Assembly (NCBI GenBank): GCA_951406725.2
Contig: OX597824.1
Coordinates: forward strand, 25,172,001 to 25,236,000
Origin: Octopus vulgaris
Lineage: Eukaryota
Direction of reading: 5' to 3'
DNA length: 64,000 nucleotides
The notes below the pieces were generated by a model, which ran no database searches, was not told where the DNA came from, and worked only from the letters and a program-made list of their open reading frames with translations. Position numbers and translations under genes: made by a program. Of this stretch, positions 38,636-53,600 are shown in pieces; positions within the stretch are counted from its first letter, which is position 1; every line of letters begins with the position of its first letter.

Positions 38636-41600
38636 TATAAAATTAATTAAGGGTAGAAATTGATATTTATCAATTAAGACCAGTGGTCTAGCATATTAAA
38701 AGAGAATCCGAAGATTAAAATATTTATATATACCAATTAAGGACTGAACACGAAAAGTGGACAGTCAACATGCTAGATATAGACGTCAAATCGTCATTCA
38801 CCACAAAAGATTATGTTCTCAGATCAAACTCAACACAAAACCATAGCAATAAACAAGTGAAAAATATACGAAATAAAATAATTACCCATGTACTAACTTA
38901 GTTTCAGCTGTTATTTTCCGCAAGGAAAACTGCAGCCATCATCAGCATGGTCCGTTATAAATGTAATTTGCTGGACTAGATGCAAACACGATACCGAAAT
39001 ATCGCGTGCATGGAGTTCAGCCTATTACATTTGAATATATCTTTCAAATGCCTTTACTTTGGCGCGTTGAAACCCGAGAAAACTAGCCTGCAGCTAATAA
39101 TTAGCAGCAGTTAATTTATCGGTTAGAGAACATATTTATTTATATAAAATTAATTAAGGGTAGAAATTGATATTTATCAATTAAGACCAGTGGTCTAGCA
39201 TATTAAAAAAGAATCCGAAGATTAAAATATTTATATATACCAATTAAGGACTGAACACGAAAAGTGGACAGTCAACATGCTAGATATAGACGTCAAATCG
39301 TCATTCACCACAAAAGATTATGTTCTCAGATCAAACTCAACACAAAACCATAGCAATAAACAAGTGAAAAATATACGAAATAAAATAATTACCCATGTAC
39401 TAACTTAGTTTCAGCTGTTATTTTCCGCAAGGAAAACTGCAGCCATCATCAGCATGGTCCGTTATAAATGTAATTTGCTGGACTAGATGCAAACACGATA
39501 CCGAAATATCGCGTGCATGGAGTTCAGCCTATTACATTTGAATATATCTTTCAAATGCCTTTACTTTGGCGCGTTGAAACCCGAGAAAACTAGCCTGCAG
39601 CTAATAATTAGCAGCAGTTAATTTATCGGTTAGAGAACATATTTATTTATATAAAATTAATTAAGGGTAGAAATTGATATTTATCAATTAAGACCAGTGG
39701 TCTAGCATATTAAAAAAGAATCCGAAGATTAAAATATTTATATATACCAATTAAGGACTGAACACGAAAAGTGGACAGTCAACATGCTAGATATAGACGT
39801 CAAATCGTCATTCACCACAAAAGATTATGTTCTCAGATCAAACTCAACACAAAACCATAGCAATAAACAAGTGAAAAATATACGAAATAAAATAATTACC
39901 CATGTACTAACTTAGTTTCAGCTGTTATTTTCCGCAAGGAAAACTGCAGCCATCATCAGCATGGTCCGTTATAAATGTAATTTGCTGGACTAGATGCAAA
40001 CACGATACCGAAATATCGCGTGCATGGAGTTCAGCCTATTACATTTGAATATATCTTTCAAATGCCTTTACTTTGGCGCGTTGAAACCCGAGAAAACTAG
40101 CCTGCAGCTAATAATTAGCAGCAGTTAATTTATCGGTTAGAGAACATATTTATTTATATAAAATTAATTAAGGGTAGAAATTGATATTTATCAATTAAGA
40201 CCAGTGGTCTAGCATATTAAAAAAGAATCCGAAGATTAAAATATTTATATATACCAATTAAGGACTGAACACGAAAAGTGGACAGTCAACATGCTAGATA
40301 TAGACGTCAAATCGTCATTCACCACAAAAGATTATGTTCTCAGATCAAACTCAACACAAAACCATAGCAATAAACAAGTGAAAAATATACGAAATAAAAT
40401 AATTACCCATGTACTAACTTAGTTTCAGCTGTTATTTTCCGCAAGGAAAACTGCAGCCATCATCAGCATGGTCCGTTATAAATGTAATTTGCTGGACTAG
40501 ATGCAAACACGATACCGAAATATCGCGTGCATGGAGTTCAGCCTATTACATTTGAATATATCTTTCAAATGCCTTTACTTTGGCGCGTTGAAACCCGAGA
40601 AAACTAGCCTGCAGCTAATAATTAGCAGCAGTTAATTTATCGGTTAGAGAACATATTTATTTATATAAAATTAATTAAGGGTAGAAATTGATATTTATCA
40701 ATTAAGACCAGTGGTCTAGCATATTAAAAAAGAATCCGAAGATTAAAATATTTATATATACCAATTAAGGACTGAACACGAAAAGTGGACAGTCAACATG
40801 CTAGATATAGACGTCAAATCGTCATTCACCACAAAAGATTATGTTCTCAGATCAAACTCAACACAAAACCATAGCAATAAACAAGTGAAAAATATACGAA
40901 ATAAAATAATTACCCATGTACTAACTTAGTTTCAGCTGTTATTTTCCGCAAGGAAAACTGCAGCCATCATCAGCATGGTCCGTTATAAATGTAATTTGCT
41001 GGACTAGATGCAAACACGATACCGAAATATCGCGTGCATGGAGTTCAGCCTATTACATTTGAATATATCTTTCAAATGCCTTTACTTTGGCGCGTTGAAA
41101 CCCGAGAAAACTAGCCTGCAGCTAATAATTAGCAGCAGTTAATTTATCGGTTAGAGAACATATTTATTTATATAAAATTAATTAAGGGTAGAAATTGATA
41201 TTTATCAATTAAGACCAGTGGTCTAGCATATTAAAAAAGAATCCGAAGATTAAAATATTTATATATACCAATTAAGGACTGAACACGAAAAGTGGACAGT
41301 CAACATGCTAGATATAGACGTCAAATCGTCATTCACCACAAAAGATTATGTTCTCAGATCAAACTCAACACAAAACCATAGCAATAAACAAGTGAAAAAT
41401 ATACGAAATAAAATAATTACCCATGTACTAACTTAGTTTCAGCTGTTATTTTCCGCAAGGAAAACTGCAGCCATCATCAGCATGGTCCGTTATAAATGTA
41501 ATTTGCTGGACTAGATGCAAACACGATACCGAAATATCGCGTGCATGGAGTTCAGCCTATTACATTTGAATATATCTTTCAAATGCCTTTACTTTGGCGC

Positions 41601-44600
41601 GTTGAAACCCGAGAAAACTAGCCTGCAGCTAATAATTAGCAGCAGTTAATTTATCGGTTAGAGAACATATTTATTTATATAAAATTAATTAAGGGTAGAA
41701 ATTGATATTTATCAATTAAGACCAGTGGTCTAGCATATTAAAAAAGAATCCGAAGATTAAAATATTTATATATACCAATTAAGGACTGAACACGAAAAGT
41801 GGACAGTCAACATGCTAGATATAGACGTCAAATCGTCATTCACCACAAAAGATTATGTTCTCAGATCAAACTCAACACAAAACCATAGCAATAAACAAGT
41901 GAAAAATATACGAAATAAAATAATTACCCATGTACTAACTTAGTTTCAGCTGTTATTTTCCGCAAGGAAAACTGCAGCCATCATCAGCATGGTCCGTTAT
42001 AAATGTAATTTGCTGGACTAGATGCAAACACGATACCGAAATATCGCGTGCATGGAGTTCAGCCTATTACATTTGAATATATCTTTCAAATGCCTTTACT
42101 TTGGCGCGTTGAAACCCGAGAAAACTAGCCTGCAGCTAATAATTAGCAGCAGTTAATTTATCGGTTAGAGAACATATTTATTTATATAAAATTAATTAAG
42201 GGTAGAAATTGATATTTATCAATTAAGACCAGTGGTCTAGCATATTAAAAAAGAATCCGAAGATTAAAATATTTATATATACCAATTAAGGACTGAACAC
42301 GAAAAGTGGACAGTCAACATGCTAGATATAGACGTCAAATCGTCATTCACCACAAAAGATTATGTTCTCAGATCAAACTCAACACAAAACCATAGCAATA
42401 AACAAGTGAAAAATATACGAAATAAAATAATTACCCATGTACTAACTTAGTTTCAGCTGTTATTTTCCGCAAGGAAAACTGCAGCCATCATCAGCATGGT
42501 CCGTTATAAATGTAATTTGCTGGACTAGATGCAAACACGATACCGAAATATCGCGTGCATGGAGTTCAGCCTATTACATTTGAATATATCTTTCAAATGC
42601 CTTTACTTTGGCGCGTTGAAACCCGAGAAAACTAGCCTGCAGCTAATAATTAGCAGCAGTTAATTTATCGGTTAGAGAACATATTTATTTATATAAAATT
42701 AATTAAGGGTAGAAATTGATATTTATCAATTAAGACCAGTGGTCTAGCATATTAAAAAAGAATCCGAAGATTAAAATATTTATATATACCAATTAAGGAC
42801 TGAACACGAAAAGTGGACAGTCAACATGCTAGATATAGACGTCAAATCGTCATTCACCACAAAAGATTATGTTCTCAGATCAAACTCAACACAAAACCAT
42901 AGCAATAAACAAGTGAAAAATATACGAAATAAAATAATTACCCATGTACTAACTTAGTTTCAGCTGTTATTTTCCGCAAGGAAAACTGCAGCCATCATCA
43001 GCATGGTCCGTTATAAATGTAATTTGCTGGACTAGATGCAAACACGATACCGAAATATCGCGTGCATGGAGTTCAGCCTATTACATTTGAATATATCTTT
43101 CAAATGCCTTTACTTTGGCGCGTTGAAACCCGAGAAAACTAGCCTGCAGCTAATAATTAGCAGCAGTTAATTTATCGGTTAGAGAACATATTTATTTATA
43201 TAAAATTAATTAAGGGTAGAAATTGATATTTATCAATTAAGACCAGTGGTCTAGCATATTAAAAAAGAATCCGAAGATTAAAATATTTATATATACCAAT
43301 TAAGGACTGAACACGAAAAGTGGACAGTCAACATGCTAGATATAGACGTCAAATCGTCATTCACCACAAAAGATTATGTTCTCAGATCAAACTCAACACA
43401 AAACCATAGCAATAAACAAGTGAAAAATATACGAAATAAAATAATTACCCATGTACTAACTTAGTTTCAGCTGTTATTTTCCGCAAGGAAAACTGCAGCC
43501 ATCATCAGCATGGTCCGTTATAAATGTAATTTGCTGGACTAGATGCAAACACGATACCGAAATATCGCGTGCATGGAGTTCAGCCTATTACATTTGAATA
43601 TATCTTTCAAATGCCTTTACTTTGGCGCGTTGAAACCCGAGAAAACTAGCCTGCAGCTAATAATTAGCAGCAGTTAATTTATCGGTTAGAGAACATATTT
43701 ATTTATATAAAATTAATTAAGGGTAGAAATTGATATTTATCAATTAAGACCAGTGGTCTAGCATATTAAAAAAGAATCCGAAGATTAAAATATTTATATA
43801 TACCAATTAAGGACTGAACACGAAAAGTGGACAGTCAACATGCTAGATATAGACGTCAAATCGTCATTCACCACAAAAGATTATGTTCTCAGATCAAACT
43901 CAACACAAAACCATAGCAATAAACAAGTGAAAAATATACGAAATAAAATAATTACCCATGTACTAACTTAGTTTCAGCTGTTATTTTCCGCAAGGAAAAC
44001 TGCAGCCATCATCAGCATGGTCCGTTATAAATGTAATTTGCTGGACTAGATGCAAACACGATACCGAAATATCGCGTGCATGGAGTTCAGCCTATTACAT
44101 TTGAATATATCTTTCAAATGCCTTTACTTTGGCGCGTTGAAACCCGAGAAAACTAGCCTGCAGCTAATAATTAGCAGCAGTTAATTTATCGGTTAGAGAA
44201 CATATTTATTTATATAAAATTAATTAAGGGTAGAAATTGATATTTATCAATTAAGACCAGTGGTCTAGCATATTAAAAAAAGAATCCGAAGATTAAAATA
44301 TTTATATATACCAATTAAGGACTGAACACGAAAAGTGGACAGTCAACATGCTAGATATAGACGTCAAATCGTCATTCACCACAAAAGATTATGTTCTCAG
44401 ATCAAACTCAACACAAAACCATAGCAATAAACAAGTGAAAAATATACGAAATAAAATAATTACCCATGTACTAACTTAGTTTCAGCTGTTATTTTCCGCA
44501 AGGAAAACTGCAGCCATCATCAGCATGGTCCGTTATAAATGTAATTTGCTGGACTAGATGCAAACACGATACCGAAATATCGCGTGCATGGAGTTCAGCC

Positions 44601-47600
44601 TATTACATTTGAATATATCTTTCAAATGCCTTTACTTTGGCGCGTTGAAACCCGAGAAAACTAGCCTGCAGCTAATAATTAGCAGCAGTTAATTTATCGG
44701 TTAGAGAACATATTTATTTATATAAAATTAATTAAGGGTAGAAATTGATATTTATCAATTAAGACCAGTGGTCTAGCATATTAAAAAAGAATCCGAAGAT
44801 TAAAATATTTATATATACCAATTAAGGACTGAACACGAAAAGTGGACAGTCAACATGCTAGATATAGACGTCAAATCGTCATTCACCACAAAAGATTATG
44901 TTCTCAGATCAAACTCAACACAAAACCATAGCAATAAACAAGTGAAAAATATACGAAATAAAATAATTACCCATGTACTAACTTAGTTTCAGCTGTTATT
45001 TTCCGCAAGGAAAACTGCAGCCATCATCAGCATGGTCCGTTATAAATGTAATTTGCTGGACTAGATGCAAACACGATACCGAAATATCGCGTGCATGGAG
45101 TTCAGCCTATTACATTTGAATATATCTTTCAAATGCCTTTACTTTGGCGCGTTGAAACCCGAGAAAACTAGCCTGCAGCTAATAATTAGCAGCAGTTAAT
45201 TTATCGGTTAGAGAACATATTTATTTATATAAAATTAATTAAGGGTAGAAATTGATATTTATCAATTAAGACCAGTGGTCTAGCATATTAAAAAAGAATC
45301 CGAAGATTAAAATATTTATATATACCAATTAAGGACTGAACACGAAAAGTGGACAGTCAACATGCTAGATATAGACGTCAAATCGTCATTCACCACAAAA
45401 GATTATGTTCTCAGATCAAACTCAACACAAAACCATAGCAATAAACAAGTGAAAAATATACGAAATAAAATAATTACCCATGTACTAACTTAGTTTCAGC
45501 TGTTATTTTCCGCAAGGAAAACTGCAGCCATCATCAGCATGGTCCGTTATAAATGTAATTTGCTGGACTAGATGCAAACACGATACCGAAATATCGCGTG
45601 CATGGAGTTCAGCCTATTACATTTGAATATATCTTTCAAATGCCTTTACTTTGGCGCGTTGAAACCCGAGAAAACTAGCCTGCAGCTAATAATTAGCAGC
45701 AGTTAATTTATCGGTTAGAGAACATATTTATTTATATAAAATTAATTAAGGGTAGAAATTGATATTTATCAATTAAGACCAGTGGTCTAGCATATTAAAA
45801 AAGAATCCGAAGATTAAAATATTTATATATACCAATTAAGGACTGAACACGAAAAGTGGACAGTCAACATGCTAGATATAGACGTCAAATCGTCATTCAC
45901 CACAAAAGATTATGTTCTCAGATCAAACTCAACACAAAACCATAGCAATAAACAAGTGAAAAATATACGAAATAAAATAATTACCCATGTACTAACTTAG
46001 TTTCAGCTGTTATTTTCCGCAAGGAAAACTGCAGCCATCATCAGCATGGTCCGTTATAAATGTAATTTGCTGGACTAGATGCAAACACGATACCGAAATA
46101 TCGCGTGCATGGAGTTCAGCCTATTACATTTGAATATATCTTTCAAATGCCTTTACTTTGGCGCGTTGAAACCCGAGAAAACTAGCCTGCAGCTAATAAT
46201 TAGCAGCAGTTAATTTATCGGTTAGAGAACATATTTATTTATATAAAATTAATTAAGGGTAGAAATTGATATTTATCAATTAAGACCAGTGGTCTAGCAT
46301 ATTAAAAAAGAATCCGAAGATTAAAATATTTATATATACCAATTAAGGACTGAACACGAAAAGTGGACAGTCAACATGCTAGATATAGACGTCAAATCGT
46401 CATTCACCACAAAAGATTATGTTCTCAGATCAAACTCAACACAAAACCATAGCAATAAACAAGTGAAAAATATACGAAATAAAATAATTACCCATGTACT
46501 AACTTAGTTTCAGCTGTTATTTTCCGCAAGGAAAACTGCAGCCATCATCAGCATGGTCCGTTATAAATGTAATTTGCTGGACTAGATGCAAACACGATAC
46601 CGAAATATCGCGTGCATGGAGTTCAGCCTATTACATTTGAATATATCTTTCAAATGCCTTTACTTTGGCGCGTTGAAACCCGAGAAAACTAGCCTGCAGC
46701 TAATAATTAGCAGCAGTTAATTTATCGGTTAGAGAACATATTTATTTATATAAAATTAATTAAGGGTAGAAATTGATATTTATCAATTAAGACCAGTGGT
46801 CTAGCATATTAAAAAAGAATCCGAAGATTAAAATATTTATATATACCAATTAAGGACTGAACACGAAAAGTGGACAGTCAACATGCTAGATATAGACGTC
46901 AAATCGTCATTCACCACAAAAGATTATGTTCTCAGATCAAACTCAACACAAAACCATAGCAATAAACAAGTGAAAAATATACGAAATAAAATAATTACCC
47001 ATGTACTAACTTAGTTTCAGCTGTTATTTTCCGCAAGGAAAACTGCAGCCATCATCAGCATGGTCCGTTATAAATGTAATTTGCTGGACTAGATGCAAAC
47101 ACGATACCGAAATATCGCGTGCATGGAGTTCAGCCTATTACATTTGAATATATCTTTCAAATGCCTTTACTTTGGCGCGTTGAAACCCGAGAAAACTAGC
47201 CTGCAGCTAATAATTAGCAGCAGTTAATTTATCGGTTAGAGAACATATTTATTTATATAAAATTAATTAAGGGTAGAAATTGATATTTATCAATTAAGAC
47301 CAGTGGTCTAGCATATTAAAAAAGAATCCGAAGATTAAAATATTTATATATACCAATTAAGGACTGAACACGAAAAGTGGACAGTCAACATGCTAGATAT
47401 AGACGTCAAATCGTCATTCACCACAAAAGATTATGTTCTCAGATCAAACTCAACACAAAACCATAGCAATAAACAAGTGAAAAATATACGAAATAAAATA
47501 ATTACCCATGTACTAACTTAGTTTCAGCTGTTATTTTCCGCAAGGAAAACTGCAGCCATCATCAGCATGGTCCGTTATAAATGTAATTTGCTGGACTAGA

Positions 47601-50600
47601 TGCAAACACGATACCGAAATATCGCGTGCATGGAGTTCAGCCTATTACATTTGAATATATCTTTCAAATGCCTTTACTTTGGCGCGTTGAAACCCGAGAA
47701 AACTAGCCTGCAGCTAATAATTAGCAGCAGTTAATTTATCGGTTAGAGAACATATTTATTTATATAAAATTAATTAAGGGTAGAAATTGATATTTATCAA
47801 TTAAGACCAGTGGTCTAGCATATTAAAAAAGAATCCGAAGATTAAAATATTTATATATACCAATTAAGGACTGAACACGAAAAGTGGACAGTCAACATGC
47901 TAGATATAGACGTCAAATCGTCATTCACCACAAAAGATTATGTTCTCAGATCAAACTCAACACAAAACCATAGCAATAAACAAGTGAAAAATATACGAAA
48001 TAAAATAATTACCCATGTACTAACTTAGTTTCAGCTGTTATTTTCCGCAAGGAAAACTGCAGCCATCATCAGCATGGTCCGTTATAAATGTAATTTGCTG
48101 GACTAGATGCAAACACGATACCGAAATATCGCGTGCATGGAGTTCAGCCTATTACATTTGAATATATCTTTCAAATGCCTTTACTTTGGCGCGTTGAAAC
48201 CCGAGAAAACTAGCCTGCAGCTAATAATTAGCAGCAGTTAATTTATCGGTTAGAGAACATATTTATTTATATAAAATTAATTAAGGGTAGAAATTGATAT
48301 TTATCAATTAAGACCAGTGGTCTAGCATATTAAAAAAGAATCCGAAGATTAAAATATTTATATATACCAATTAAGGACTGAACACGAAAAGTGGACAGTC
48401 AACATGCTAGATATAGACGTCAAATCGTCATTCACCACAAAAGATTATGTTCTCAGATCAAACTCAACACAAAACCATAGCAATAAACAAGTGAAAAATA
48501 TACGAAATAAAATAATTACCCATGTACTAACTTAGTTTCAGCTGTTATTTTCCGCAAGGAAAACTGCAGCCATCATCAGCATGGTCCGTTATAAATGTAA
48601 TTTGCTGGACTAGATGCAAACACGATACCGAAATATCGCGTGCATGGAGTTCAGCCTATTACATTTGAATATATCTTTCAAATGCCTTTACTTTGGCGCG
48701 TTGAAACCCGAGAAAACTAGCCTGCAGCTAATAATTAGCAGCAGTTAATTTATCGGTTAGAGAACATATTTATTTATATAAAATTAATTAAGGGTAGAAA
48801 TTGATATTTATCAATTAAGACCAGTGGTCTAGCATATTAAAAAAGAATCCGAAGATTAAAATATTTATATATACCAATTAAGGACTGAACACGAAAAGTG
48901 GACAGTCAACATGCTAGATATAGACGTCAAATCGTCATTCACCACAAAAGATTATGTTCTCAGATCAAACTCAACACAAAACCATAGCAATAAACAAGTG
49001 AAAAATATACGAAATAAAATAATTACCCATGTACTAACTTAGTTTCAGCTGTTATTTTCCGCAAGGAAAACTGCAGCCATCATCAGCATGGTCCGTTATA
49101 AATGTAATTTGCTGGACTAGATGCAAACACGATACCGAAATATCGCGTGCATGGAGTTCAGCCTATTACATTTGAATATATCTTTCAAATGCCTTTACTT
49201 TGGCGCGTTGAAACCCGAGAAAACTAGCCTGCAGCTAATAATTAGCAGCAGTTAATTTATCGGTTAGAGAACATATTTATTTATATAAAATTAATTAAGG
49301 GTAGAAATTGATATTTATCAATTAAGACCAGTGGTCTAGCATATTAAAAAAGAATCCGAAGATTAAAATATTTATATATACCAATTAAGGACTGAACACG
49401 AAAAGTGGACAGTCAACATGCTAGATATAGACGTCAAATCGTCATTCACCACAAAAGATTATGTTCTCAGATCAAACTCAACACAAAACCATAGCAATAA
49501 ACAAGTGAAAAATATACGAAATAAAATAATTACCCATGTACTAACTTAGTTTCAGCTGTTATTTTCCGCAAGGAAAACTGCAGCCATCATCAGCATGGTC
49601 CGTTATAAATGTAATTTGCTGGACTAGATGCAAACACGATACCGAAATATCGCGTGCATGGAGTTCAGCCTATTACATTTGAATATATCTTTCAAATGCC
49701 TTTACTTTGGCGCGTTGAAACCCGAGAAAACTAGCCTGCAGCTAATAATTAGCAGCAGTTAATTTATCGGTTAGAGAACATATTTATTTATATAAAATTA
49801 ATTAAGGGTAGAAATTGATATTTATCAATTAAGACCAGTGGTCTAGCATATTAAAAAAGAATCCGAAGATTAAAATATTTATATATACCAATTAAGGACT
49901 GAACACGAAAAGTGGACAGTCAACATGCTAGATATAGACGTCAAATCGTCATTCACCACAAAAGATTATGTTCTCAGATCAAACTCAACACAAAACCATA
50001 GCAATAAACAAGTGAAAAATATACGAAATAAAATAATTACCCATGTACTAACTTAGTTTCAGCTGTTATTTTCCGCAAGGAAAACTGCAGCCATCATCAG
50101 CATGGTCCGTTATAAATGTAATTTGCTGGACTAGATGCAAACACGATACCGAAATATCGCGTGCATGGAGTTCAGCCTATTACATTTGAATATATCTTTC
50201 AAATGCCTTTACTTTGGCGCGTTGAAACCCGAGAAAACTAGCCTGCAGCTAATAATTAGCAGCAGTTAATTTATCGGTTAGAGAACATATTTATTTATAT
50301 AAAATTAATTAAGGGTAGAAATTGATATTTATCAATTAAGACCAGTGGTCTAGCATATTAAAAAAGAATCCGAAGATTAAAATATTTATATATACCAATT
50401 AAGGACTGAACACGAAAAGTGGACAGTCAACATGCTAGATATAGACGTCAAATCGTCATTCACCACAAAAGATTATGTTCTCAGATCAAACTCAACACAA
50501 AACCATAGCAATAAACAAGTGAAAAATATACGAAATAAAATAATTACCCATGTACTAACTTAGTTTCAGCTGTTATTTTCCGCAAGGAAAACTGCAGCCA

Positions 50601-53600
50601 TCATCAGCATGGTCCGTTATAAATGTAATTTGCTGGACTAGATGCAAACACGATACCGAAATATCGCGTGCATGGAGTTCAGCCTATTACATTTGAATAT
50701 ATCTTTCAAATGCCTTTACTTTGGCGCGTTGAAACCCGAGAAAACTAGCCTGCAGCTAATAATTAGCAGCAGTTAATTTATCGGTTAGAGAACATATTTA
50801 TTTATATAAAATTAATTAAGGGTAGAAATTGATATTTATCAATTAAGACCAGTGGTCTAGCATATTAAAAAAGAATCCGAAGATTAAAATATTTATATAT
50901 ACCAATTAAGGACTGAACACGAAAAGTGGACAGTCAACATGCTAGATATAGACGTCAAATCGTCATTCACCACAAAAGATTATGTTCTCAGATCAAACTC
51001 AACACAAAACCATAGCAATAAACAAGTGAAAAATATACGAAATAAAATAATTACCCATGTACTAACTTAGTTTCAGCTGTTATTTTCCGCAAGGAAAACT
51101 GCAGCCATCATCAGCATGGTCCGTTATAAATGTAATTTGCTGGACTAGATGCAAACACGATACCGAAATATCGCGTGCATGGAGTTCAGCCTATTACATT
51201 TGAATATATCTTTCAAATGCCTTTACTTTGGCGCGTTGAAACCCGAGAAAACTAGCCTGCAGCTAATAATTAGCAGCAGTTAATTTATCGGTTAGAGAAC
51301 ATATTTATTTATATAAAATTAATTAAGGGTAGAAATTGATATTTATCAATTAAGACCAGTGGTCTAGCATATTAAAAAAGAATCCGAAGATTAAAATATT
51401 TATATATACCAATTAAGGACTGAACACGAAAAGTGGACAGTCAACATGCTAGATATAGACGTCAAATCGTCATTCACCACAAAAGATTATGTTCTCAGAT
51501 CAAACTCAACACAAAACCATAGCAATAAACAAGTGAAAAATATACGAAATAAAATAATTACCCATGTACTAACTTAGTTTCAGCTGTTATTTTCCGCAAG
51601 GAAAACTGCAGCCATCATCAGCATGGTCCGTTATAAATGTAATTTGCTGGACTAGATGCAAACACGATACCGAAATATCGCGTGCATGGAGTTCAGCCTA
51701 TTACATTTGAATATATCTTTCAAATGCCTTTACTTTGGCGCGTTGAAACCCGAGAAAACTAGCCTGCAGCTAATAATTAGCAGCAGTTAATTTATCGGTT
51801 AGAGAACATATTTATTTATATAAAATTAATTAAGGGTAGAAATTGATATTTATCAATTAAGACCAGTGGTCTAGCATATTAAAAAAGAATCCGAAGATTA
51901 AAATATTTATATATACCAATTAAGGACTGAACACGAAAAGTGGACAGTCAACATGCTAGATATAGACGTCAAATCGTCATTCACCACAAAAGATTATGTT
52001 CTCAGATCAAACTCAACACAAAACCATAGCAATAAACAAGTGAAAAATATACGAAATAAAATAATTACCCATGTACTAACTTAGTTTCAGCTGTTATTTT
52101 CCGCAAGGAAAACTGCAGCCATCATCAGCATGGTCCGTTATAAATGTAATTTGCTGGACTAGATGCAAACACGATACCGAAATATCGCGTGCATGGAGTT
52201 CAGCCTATTACATTTGAATATATCTTTCAAATGCCTTTACTTTGGCGCGTTGAAACCCGAGAAAACTAGCCTGCAGCTAATAATTAGCAGCAGTTAATTT
52301 ATCGGTTAGAGAACATATTTATTTATATAAAATTAATTAAGGGTAGAAATTGATATTTATCAATTAAGACCAGTGGTCTAGCATATTAAAAAAGAATCCG
52401 AAGATTAAAATATTTATATATACCAATTAAGGACTGAACACGAAAAGTGGACAGTCAACATGCTAGATATAGACGTCAAATCGTCATTCACCACAAAAGA
52501 TTATGTTCTCAGATCAAACTCAACACAAAACCATAGCAATAAACAAGTGAAAAATATACGAAATAAAATAATTACCCATGTACTAACTTAGTTTCAGCTG
52601 TTATTTTCCGCAAGGAAAACTGCAGCCATCATCAGCATGGTCCGTTATAAATGTAATTTGCTGGACTAGATGCAAACACGATACCGAAATATCGCGTGCA
52701 TGGAGTTCAGCCTATTACATTTGAATATATCTTTCAAATGCCTTTACTTTGGCGCGTTGAAACCCGAGAAAACTAGCCTGCAGCTAATAATTAGCAGCAG
52801 TTAATTTATCGGTTAGAGAACATATTTATTTATATAAAATTAATTAAGGGTAGAAATTGATATTTATCAATTAAGACCAGTGGTCTAGCATATTAAAAAA
52901 GAATCCGAAGATTAAAATATTTATATATACCAATTAAGGACTGAACACGAAAAGTGGACAGTCAACATGCTAGATATAGACGTCAAATCGTCATTCACCA
53001 CAAAAGATTATGTTCTCAGATCAAACTCAACACAAAACCATAGCAATAAACAAGTGAAAAATATACGAAATAAAATAATTACCCATGTACTAACTTAGTT
53101 TCAGCTGTTATTTTCCGCAAGGAAAACTGCAGCCATCATCAGCATGGTCCGTTATAAATGTAATTTGCTGGACTAGATGCAAACACGATACCGAAATATC
53201 GCGTGCATGGAGTTCAGCCTATTACATTTGAATATATCTTTCAAATGCCTTTACTTTGGCGCGTTGAAACCCGAGAAAACTAGCCTGCAGCTAATAATTA
53301 GCAGCAGTTAATTTATCGGTTAGAGAACATATTTATTTATATAAAATTAATTAAGGGTAGAAATTGATATTTATCAATTAAGACCAGTGGTCTAGCATAT
53401 TAAAAAAGAATCCGAAGATTAAAATATTTATATATACCAATTAAGGACTGAACACGAAAAGTGGACAGTCAACATGCTAGATATAGACGTCAAATCGTCA
53501 TTCACCACAAAAGATTATGTTCTCAGATCAAACTCAACACAAAACCATAGCAATAAACAAGTGAAAAATATACGAAATAAAATAATTACCCATGTACTAA

